This document shows, piece by piece, positions 7,029 through 14,287 of a stretch of 64,000 nucleotides of DNA; position 1 is the first letter of the stretch, and every line of letters begins with the position of its first letter. Source of the stretch: an uncultured Porphyromonadaceae bacterium (GTDB taxonomy: Bacteria > Bacteroidota > Bacteroidia > Bacteroidales > Barnesiellaceae_A); NCBI GenBank assembly GCA_937891845.1, contig CALATP010000053.1, positions 3,709 through 67,708 of the forward strand. Direction: 5' to 3'. The notes beneath the pieces were generated by a model. It made no database searches and was not told the DNA's origin. It saw only the letters and a list, made by a program, of their open reading frames with translations. The position numbers and the translations under genes were made by a program.

Positions 7029-7658
7029 ATGAAAATTGATGATAATTCGAACTATATAAAATATGAAATCAAAAAAGGCAAAGAGTGTGCCTATATGTCT
7101 CACTATGGCGAGGTATGGGAAGATGGGTTTGCAGTAGAAAATTATGATATTTCTAATAATAATATATACTATGAAGATGCTGTTTGGAATGGACATTCTG
7201 CACACATCGATAATTGTTGGAAACGAATCCTTGCAAGGGACTTTAATCGTTGGAGAGATGAGATAAATAAAACAAAGCAGAACCTTATTGATAAGGGCAC
7301 AAGAGCAGGTACAGAAATTGTCAAGGAGTTGAAGGAGGGCGATTATGTCTTCATTGCTGTGCATCCTTATGATTTGGAAGATGAATTTGAAAGAATAGAG
7401 TATTGCTTTCTTGAGGTTGATTCTGTTGACAACAATTTTGTATGTGGCAAACAGATGTATATAAGCACTTATTTTTTTGCTTACAGTTATAATAAAATGG
7501 AGCTAAAGGGTGAGGATTATTGGTTAGATTGTGCATTGGAAGAAAATAATGTGATACGCATAGATAAAAGTGAGTTTTATCTCGCAGTTGAGGATTTTCA
7601 CCGGCTTACTACAAAGCTTATGTCCGAAATAAAGAAGATGTATCACGGTATATTGTAA
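7029..7658 (+). CDS. hypothetical protein (209 aa), ORFan
   Basis: ORF begins 14 nt after the preceding stop. No family recognised. Confidence 0.5.
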   Translation: MKIDDNSNYIKYEIKKGKECAYMSHYGEVWEDGFAVENYDISNNNIYYEDAVWNGHSAHIDNCWKRILARDFNRWRDEINKTKQNLIDKGTRAGTEIVKELKEGDYVFIAVHPYDLEDEFERIEYCFLEVDSVDNNFVCGKQMYISTYFFAYSYNKMELKGEDYWLDCALEENNVIRIDKSEFYLAVEDFHRLTTKLMSEIKKMYHGIL

Positions 7659-7746
7659 AAGTAATAGTCCTATTATTAATGTGCTATATCAAACGCTGTG
7701 TCACAAGAGAAGTATATTATATGTTGAATTATAAAAGAAAATAGTG

Positions 7747-8811
7747 ATGGCTTTTCACGAAAATTTTCAAGAGGAATTTAATGTTTACTACACACCCAAA
7801 TGGTTTAAGTTGCGAAGCGAACTCTATGCCGAGGCGTGTGAGTGGAAGCCCCGCAATCCGGATGAAATCTTCTTCCACTTTAAAAATCTCGATGCGGGTT
7901 GGATGGATTTTGACGTTTATGTTAATGGAGAAAAGAGGCACGAGTGTTATTTTAGTGCTGTTTTTAATCCTTTTCATAATCTGAAGGTGTGGATGGAAGA
8001 TATTGTTAATGATTTTAAGATGAGCAGTACACTGCCTATAAATATAGAGGGGCGCACGTTGATATTTCATTATGAGAATATAAAATTGTGCGAAATCTCT
8101 GATAGACGTCGGTGGATTAGCAATGAGAGGGATAAGGACGAATGGGAGTTAACCGATGCCTATACACATCCTACCATAGGATTGTTTTATATCTATGATT
8201 CGGCTTGCAAAACCTTACCGGTTGTGTGTATGTGCCAAGCAAAACAACTGTTATCGTGCCTATATAATGCACTTTTGCGTTATGCTATAGGCCCACATAG
8301 TGAGAAAATAGCTCAAGAGTGGTACGACGATGACTATGATAATTGGTACTTTTATAATACCATCAAATCACCGTTGATTGAGTGGTTTATATACTCAAAA
8401 TGGGGATATAGGCATCAAGTTCCTCAATTCACAGCTACATCGGTAATAAAGGAGGCTATACATATGTGGGCCGAATGGGGTGATGGCCTTTTCTGGAGCA
8501 ATGGACTTTGCTGTGGTAATGCCGAGGGGTTTGTGGTAAAAACGGATAATAAGCGAATAGATCTTACTGATATTCCGGAGCTACGAGTATGGTATGACGA
8601 GTTTGACAATAGTTATTGTGAGGAGAAATGGTCGGATGACAAGTATCAAGAATGGCTTAAAAGAGGATGGGAACTAGCTCAACTTGTAAGAAAGAAGCTA
8701 CCTGATAGTATCGATCTCTTCTACCAGTGGAAAGAATACTCACTACAGTGTAACATTCAAGGTGATAGCGATATACCATTTATAGTCCCTAATGAGAATA
8801 ATAATTTATAG
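7747..8811 (+). CDS. hypothetical protein (354/355 aa); short member of the island paralog family
   Basis: The ORF track starts at GTG 7744; the first ATG is at 7747. It aligns with the 453-aa protein over most of its length and carries the C-terminal module IDLTDIPELRVWYDEF..YQEWLKRGWELAQLVRKKLPDSIDLFY. Confidence 0.7.
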   Translation: MAFHENFQEEFNVYYTPKWFKLRSELYAEACEWKPRNPDEIFFHFKNLDAGWMDFDVYVNGEKRHECYFSAVFNPFHNLKVWMEDIVNDFKMSSTLPINIEGRTLIFHYENIKLCEISDRRRWISNERDKDEWELTDAYTHPTIGLFYIYDSACKTLPVVCMCQAKQLLSCLYNALLRYAIGPHSEKIAQEWYDDDYDNWYFYNTIKSPLIEWFIYSKWGYRHQVPQFTATSVIKEAIHMWAEWGDGLFWSNGLCCGNAEGFVVKTDNKRIDLTDIPELRVWYDEFDNSYCEEKWSDDKYQEWLKRGWELAQLVRKKLPDSIDLFYQWKEYSLQCNIQGDSDIPFIVPNENNNL

Positions 8812-8823
8812 TACCGCAATATT

Positions 8824-10419
8824 ATGAAGAACAAAAAACATCCCAATATTCAAGATTTATATAGCATTGAAGATATAAATAAAGCAAAGGCTTGCTATAA
8901 ACTCACCGGATATTATCCAATTTCGTTGATGCCCGGTGATCAAGAGGAGGTACTAGGCAACACTAGGTCTTTGGGTGTCTACAATCTTTCTAATACCTCA
9001 CAAAGGACTTACACTCTGAAGTATTGGTATGCAGTGCAGGTATGGAATACTGCAATAGCAATAATAAGTAATAGTATCGTTGGGAATGAACTGATATATA
9101 TTCTACCCCATTGGGAGGATAGGGATGACTCTTTCCGAAAACTTGTTAATAATGATAAGTTTACTCCCGATATGGTTGGGAAACTATGGAAGTTATTAGA
9201 AGATCTTGCAAACTCCGGCAATATAAAGGTACACGAGGGGTTCTTTATTGAGAATGCTACAAAAGGTTATTGGGGCGCTCCTTCAAAATGTCACATAGAG
9301 ATGAACTGCCGATTCTACATCAACATAATTCTTGATACAGAAAGCTTCCACAATCACACATTCCCAATTGAAAATATTTGGGAGTACAAGTTTAACAAAA
9401 AGAACAAAAGCTACAAATGGGATGAGATAAAACACCTCTTTTGTGAAGTGTCACTATCCGTTCGCGAGTTGCTCAATCACAAATGGATGAATAGAATAAA
9501 TAAGTATGACAAAGAACTTATAGAGGCTTGTTCTAATTTTGATATTGAAGGAGTAAAAAGAGCTGTTGAGAGAGGAGCTAACGTCAACACCCTTAGCAAT
9601 ATGGACGAAACACCATTAACCCAAGCTATTGGTATGTACAATGATTGCTTTGCATATAAAGATTATACAGAGACTGAACGAGAAGTGATTGAAAACGAAA
9701 ATTATCACAAACTATTACCCATAATAGATTATCTACTCAAGCAAGGTGCCGATATAAATCTTTTTGGATATGATGGAGATTCACCTCTTGTTGCTGCCTA
9801 TTACACACGTTCTACTCGTTTGGTAGAATATCTATTAAAGAAAGGAGCCAATCCCAATGTAAATTGTCATTTGACAGACTCTGCCAACGAAAGTATATTT
9901 TGTAGTTCTATATTGAGTATTATTTATTATTTATATAGCGATGATGATGGAATTGGTGAAGATATAAAGCGTGTCGTGAAACAATATGGTGGCAGGCTAT
10001 ACTATTTCGGCTACAATCCTATCAAGAAGGAGTATTCCGGCAGAGCTTTTGTCGTGTTTCATCCTACAGAAAACGCCTTGTTTCTGGATTGCGCCTATGA
10101 TAATTGTGGTGACAGCAAAACACTACACATAGAGGTAAGCGAAAATGAGTTTGTAGATATAGATATATCTACAGTAACAGGGCTTGAAGAATGGCATCAA
10201 GAGTTTATAAATCTTTTTTATAATAATTCCGATAGGAGTGACGAAAAGTGGCGCGATTGGTTCGACCTAGGACTTAAATTAGCTCGGAAAGTAAAGTTGC
10301 TCTTGCCCGACAATGTAGATTTATACTATCTGCGTGATAGCAATCCACTTTTCATAATTCGCAATGATGGCAGTAAACAGTGGAACTATTACAATGGGAA
10401 ACATATTTGGGTAGAATAA
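8824..10419 (+). CDS. ankyrin-repeat protein (531 aa) ending in the same C-terminal module as the two paralogs
   Basis: ANK-like repeats at ~aa 228-347 (..GVKRAVERGANVNTLSNMDETPLTQAI.. / ..IIDYLLKQGADINLFGYDGDSPLVAAY.. / ..LVEYLLKKGANPNV). C-terminus DIDISTVTGLEEWHQEF..KWRDWFDLGLKLARKVKLLLPDNVDLYY. Confidence 0.75.
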   Translation: MKNKKHPNIQDLYSIEDINKAKACYKLTGYYPISLMPGDQEEVLGNTRSLGVYNLSNTSQRTYTLKYWYAVQVWNTAIAIISNSIVGNELIYILPHWEDRDDSFRKLVNNDKFTPDMVGKLWKLLEDLANSGNIKVHEGFFIENATKGYWGAPSKCHIEMNCRFYINIILDTESFHNHTFPIENIWEYKFNKKNKSYKWDEIKHLFCEVSLSVRELLNHKWMNRINKYDKELIEACSNFDIEGVKRAVERGANVNTLSNMDETPLTQAIGMYNDCFAYKDYTETEREVIENENYHKLLPIIDYLLKQGADINLFGYDGDSPLVAAYYTRSTRLVEYLLKKGANPNVNCHLTDSANESIFCSSILSIIYYLYSDDDGIGEDIKRVVKQYGGRLYYFGYNPIKKEYSGRAFVVFHPTENALFLDCAYDNCGDSKTLHIEVSENEFVDIDISTVTGLEEWHQEFINLFYNNSDRSDEKWRDWFDLGLKLARKVKLLLPDNVDLYYLRDSNPLFIIRNDGSKQWNYYNGKHIWVE

Positions 10420-10706
10420 TAATAACCGCCAATAACGATAATCGGCAATCTTGTAACAATAAAACATATTGCGTATTTTTTCATAATATAATTGTGCTAT
10501 TCAAAGATATATAACAATAAATTACTCGGCAAATAGAGAACTTAAAAATGGATAAACTCGAACTCGTCTCGTTTTCACAGCGACATTATTATTGACAACT
10601 AGAATTAGAAATAGCTTGCGATAGAAGGTCTGGATGGCTGTAAAAGATATTCACAATCAAATATGCAAAGAGGTAAATCTATAAAGAACTCGTTAAAATT
10701 ATTAAT

Positions 10707-11096
10707 ATGAAGACAAATGCATTGAGACTTTTAGAGGACGTCAAGAGCCAACTTAATCAAATTAAAATACCCAATGCCGAAAAATATGAGGCTAATATAA
10801 TAGCTTTTCTCAATCAGTGCCCCCACGATCTAATATTACAAGATGCGCAAGTTAAATGGGATGAGAAAGAAGAATTTGACTTTCGTTGGGATACAGCGCA
10901 CCTTGATTGCAGATTTTCAATCGGTCTGGAGGAAACCACTTGGCACATATGGGTTGGCATTAACACCCATAACCAAAATGATGAATGCTACCAACATGGA
11001 ATTGGAGGCATAGAAATAGACGGTAATGAGGATTGCTTCGCTAAAATCTTTTATGAAACAATGGAATGGGAAATTTTAATATGCCAAAGAATGTAA
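10707..11096 (+). CDS. hypothetical protein (129 aa), ORFan, last gene before the tRNA
   Basis: ORF only; no family recognised. Confidence 0.45.
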   Translation: MKTNALRLLEDVKSQLNQIKIPNAEKYEANIIAFLNQCPHDLILQDAQVKWDEKEEFDFRWDTAHLDCRFSIGLEETTWHIWVGINTHNQNDECYQHGIGGIEIDGNEDCFAKIFYETMEWEILICQRM

Positions 11097-11160
11097 TTAT
11101 CCATCAATTATTACCAATAGCCAATCCCAATAAACACCAATAAGTAGGCAAAAATATAAA

Positions 11161-11202
11161 AGAAAAATCGCTAAGTGTTGTTTTTCAACTGCTTAGCGAT
11201 TT
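11161..11202 (-). terminator. rho-independent terminator downstream of the tRNA gene (minus strand)
   Basis: Stem ATCGCTAAG (11167-11175) / CTTAGCGAT (11192-11200). On the minus strand it is followed by TTTTTC. Confidence 0.65.
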
Positions 11203-11208
11203 GTTATG

Positions 11209-11282
11209 TGGTCCCACTTGGGCTTGAACCAAGGACCCCCTGATTATGAGTCAGATGCTCTAACCAACTGAGCTATAGGACC
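11209..11282 (-). tRNA. tRNA with CAT anticodon (elongator Met or lysidine-modified Ile2; acceptor C4-G69/C5-G68 leans towards Ile2)
   Basis: Reverse complement is GGTCCTA TA GCTC AGTTGGTTA GAGC A TCTGA CTCATAA TCAGG GGGTC CTTGG TTCAAGC CCAAG TGGGACC A. This gives a full cloverleaf with a 7-bp acceptor, GTTCAAGCC T-loop and anticodon CAT. No encoded CCA. Confidence 0.9.
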
Positions 11283-11312
11283 GATATTCAGATTGATTAC
11301 TGAATGTGGGTG

Positions 11313-11344
11313 CAAAGGTAATATTCTTTGATTATATGTGCAAG
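11313..11344 (-). promoter_or_regulatory. candidate promoter of the tRNA gene
   Basis: Minus-strand TACCTTTG (11313-11320) with CTTG about 20 nt upstream (11341-11344), and T/A tracts further upstream. Confidence 0.4.
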
Positions 11345-11609
11345 TTTTTTTGGTTTTTTATTTTCGATTTTAAGTTTTTCTTATTTCTATTTATATTTCT
11401 AATGTTTACTTTCGTTGGCCGTTTTTGCATTCAACGACACCACATTCAACTTATATACAACATATTACAAGTGTTATAAAAGATATCCGCTTGTATTTCG
11501 TTGCAGATATAGATTCTTTTTGATTAAAAAAATATCTTTCACGGGGAACTTTTATAGCTTGTTATTTGTTATTATTGTTAGAATTTATCACTATTAATTT
11601 TATTACGCT

Positions 11610-11867
11610 ATGAAAAATGAGATTAAAGCATACATTATGAAAAGTGAGAGGTGTTACGATATAGAGGATATAAATGAGCTTATCTCTAACTTGCCTCATC
11701 ACAAAGCTAAGATTTTGGGGATGTATCTTGCGGGTTATACTTACGACGAGATTGCGTCTATGTATATGGGTACTCCGGAATATATAAAAGATACGGTGAA
11801 TGATTGTATTACCGACCTAGAAAATCAAAGTCTTATAAGCAAACTTATGAGGATCTATTTACAATAG
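11610..11867 (+). CDS. small protein (85 aa) with possible sigma-70 region 4/LuxR-like HTH
   Basis: ..KAKILGMYLAGYTYDEIASMYMGTPEYIKDTVNDCITDL.. resembles a region-4-type HTH. AT-rich context. Confidence 0.4.
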   Translation: MKNEIKAYIMKSERCYDIEDINELISNLPHHKAKILGMYLAGYTYDEIASMYMGTPEYIKDTVNDCITDLENQSLISKLMRIYLQ

Positions 11868-12022
11868 CACGTTATAGGCTGTTGATATGGGGCTGTGCTC
11901 AACTGCTTGCGGGTAGCTACTCTCGCGATATGGGGGCTATATTGTAAGCGAAATTAGACGGCTTATTTCTTGGTGCGTAGTACTATAATTATTAATTTTG
12001 CGCACCTCAAAAAGCTACACAA

Positions 12023-13249
12023 ATGAGCAGATGCCTAACATATATGATGAGTAACGGACTGCAATTGGTGCATTACCCGCAGGCGGGTCGTGTGTCATAT
12101 TGTGGTTTTATTGTCAATGCAGGTTCTCGCGATGAGAGACCCGACGAGTATGGATTGGCACACCTTGTAGAGCACACTATCTTCAAGGGGACAGCTCGCC
12201 GACGTGCCTGCCACATACGCAACAGGATGGAGGCTGTCGGGGGAGAACTTAATGCCTTCACGTCGAAAGAGGAGACTGTTATATATAGTATTTTCCCATC
12301 GGGGTATTATGAGCGTGCAATGGAACTGATGGGCGATTTGGTAGCCAATGCCAACTTTCCCGACACCGAGTTTGAGAAAGAACGTGAAGTGGTTGTCGAA
12401 GAGATTGATATGTATCGCGACACGCCCTCTGAGCTGATTTATGATGAGTTTGAAAATCGTCTTTTCGCCAACCATTCGTTAGGTCATAACATACTTGGAA
12501 CTCCTTCCGACTTGGCACAAATCTCGTCCGACAAAGCGCGACAATTTTTATCCCGCCATTATATACCTTCTCAAATGGTATTTTTCTCGCTTGGAGATAT
12601 TCCTTTCGAGCGCATCATACGATATGCCGAGAAGTATTTTACCACAATAACAGCCCGTCCCGATATGCGCAAACGCGTTGCGCCCGAGGTAGTAATGCCT
12701 TTTGAAGAGCGTATTTCGTGCGACACACATCAGGCTCACGTTGTACGCGGGTGTCGCACTTATAGTCTTTACGACGAACGTCGGTTGCCTATGTTGCTAT
12801 TAAATAATATTTTGGGCGGACCTTGTCTCAACAGTCTGCTCAATGTATCGTTACGAGAACAATGCGGGTATGTATACACTGTAGAGTCGGCAGTTACCAA
12901 TTATACCGATACCGGAATATTTTCGATATATTTTGGCACAGACGTACGTTACGTCGACAAGTGTCTACGACGCATACGCAATATTCTCGATCGCATAAAG
13001 GGCTCATATTTAACCCCATCACGAATAGCAGCGGCCAAGAAACAATATTTGGGACAGCTTATGGTGGCCGAGGATAATAATGAAGGATTGGCTCTTGCCA
13101 TTGGCAAAGGTTATTTGCGACACGGCACTATATTGTCGCCCGAAGAACAGATAAGTCGCATCGAGGCCATTCGTCTCGACACAATGCAAGAGGTAGCCAA
13201 TGAGATGCTAGATGCCGATAAGTGGTCTATGCTTGTTTTTCAACCTTAA
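12023..13249 (+). CDS. M16-family (pitrilysin/insulinase-like) zinc peptidase
   Basis: HLVEHTIFKGT (HxxEH zinc motif), 408 aa, typical M16 architecture. Confidence 0.85.
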   Translation: MSRCLTYMMSNGLQLVHYPQAGRVSYCGFIVNAGSRDERPDEYGLAHLVEHTIFKGTARRRACHIRNRMEAVGGELNAFTSKEETVIYSIFPSGYYERAMELMGDLVANANFPDTEFEKEREVVVEEIDMYRDTPSELIYDEFENRLFANHSLGHNILGTPSDLAQISSDKARQFLSRHYIPSQMVFFSLGDIPFERIIRYAEKYFTTITARPDMRKRVAPEVVMPFEERISCDTHQAHVVRGCRTYSLYDERRLPMLLLNNILGGPCLNSLLNVSLREQCGYVYTVESAVTNYTDTGIFSIYFGTDVRYVDKCLRRIRNILDRIKGSYLTPSRIAAAKKQYLGQLMVAEDNNEGLALAIGKGYLRHGTILSPEEQISRIEAIRLDTMQEVANEMLDADKWSMLVFQP

Positions 13250-13261
13250 AAATCATAGGAG

Positions 13262-14269
13262 ATGAAGATAGGAACCGTAGAGTTGGGTAGCCAGCCGGTG
13301 TTGTTAGCACCAATGGAAGACGTTACCGATACATCTTTTCGATTACTGTGCAAGGAGTTTGGTGCCGATATGGTTTACACCGAGTTTGTAAGTGCCGATG
13401 CCCTTGTACGCAGCATCGATTCGACAAGACGCAAATTGCACATTTGCGACGAAGAGCGTCCTGTTGTGATACAGATATACGGTCGTTACGTCGAGTCGAT
13501 GGTTGAAGCGGCAAAGCTGTGCGAGGAAGCACATCCCGATATTATCGACATCAACTTTGGTTGTCCGGTCAAGAAAGTAGCGGGAAAAGGAGCCGGAGCC
13601 GGAATGTTGCGCGATGTACCCAAGATGCTGGAGATAACTCGCGCTGTGGTTGATGCCGTAAAAACACCTGTTACAGTAAAGACCCGATTGGGATGGGATT
13701 GCGAATCGAAAATTATTGTCGACCTAGCCGAACAACTACAAGATTGTGGAATAGCCGCACTTGCCATACACGGGCGCACTCGCAGCCAAATGTATACAGG
13801 CGAGGCCGACTGGACACTTATCGGTGAGGTGAAAAACAACCCTCGTATGACCATCCCCATTATTGGCAATGGCGATATAACAACACCTCAACGAGCCAAA
13901 GAGTGTTTCGATCGTTACGGTGTCGATGCAATAATGGTGGGACGAGGTGCAATAGGGTCACCGTGGATTTTTAAAGAAATAAAGCATTACCTCAACACGG
14001 GAGAGTTATTGCCCACACTCAGCATCTCAGAGAGAATGAACGTAATACGTCGTCAGTTGAGCGAAAGCGTGGCACGCCTTGACGAACGCCGAGGCATCAC
14101 ACACATACGCCGCCACTTGGCTGCAACGCCCTTATTCAAGGGTATTCCCAATTTCCGTGACACTCGTATTGCTATGCTACAAGCCAATACCGTACCCGAA
14201 CTTCTAGACATACTGCACAGAGTAGAATACGACATCCTACCCGGCATTGGTTGCGAACAAACTGCTTGA
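13262..14269 (+). CDS. dusB: tRNA-dihydrouridine synthase
   Basis: LAPMEDVTD, DINFGCP, HGRTR motifs; 335 aa. Confidence 0.9.
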   Translation: MKIGTVELGSQPVLLAPMEDVTDTSFRLLCKEFGADMVYTEFVSADALVRSIDSTRRKLHICDEERPVVIQIYGRYVESMVEAAKLCEEAHPDIIDINFGCPVKKVAGKGAGAGMLRDVPKMLEITRAVVDAVKTPVTVKTRLGWDCESKIIVDLAEQLQDCGIAALAIHGRTRSQMYTGEADWTLIGEVKNNPRMTIPIIGNGDITTPQRAKECFDRYGVDAIMVGRGAIGSPWIFKEIKHYLNTGELLPTLSISERMNVIRRQLSESVARLDERRGITHIRRHLAATPLFKGIPNFRDTRIAMLQANTVPELLDILHRVEYDILPGIGCEQTA

Positions 14270-14287
14270 AAATATTATTATATCGTT

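Noticed and set aside
6906-7364. 152-aa minus-strand ORF inside the island, overlapping two plus-strand ORFs.
   Set aside because: It spans the junction of two co-directional genes, has an Ile/Phe-rich low-complexity product from AT-rich DNA, and has no start-site signals.
7029-7658. Possible degenerate copy of the shared C-module at the end of the 209-aa protein (..IRIDKSEFYLAVEDFHRLTTKLMSEIKK..) and of the 370-aa protein (..FDERLARNYYISGEKGLPYSIPLNPDL..).
   Set aside because: Only a few scattered identities are present and the Trp positions are missing. That is too weak to claim without profile statistics.
1-11100. Direct repeat of the tRNA 3' end (att site) inside the island.
   Set aside because: I could not find TGGTCCCACTTGGGCTTGAACC or a substantial part of it elsewhere in the window by eye. 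The distal island boundary is therefore unresolved rather than demonstrated.
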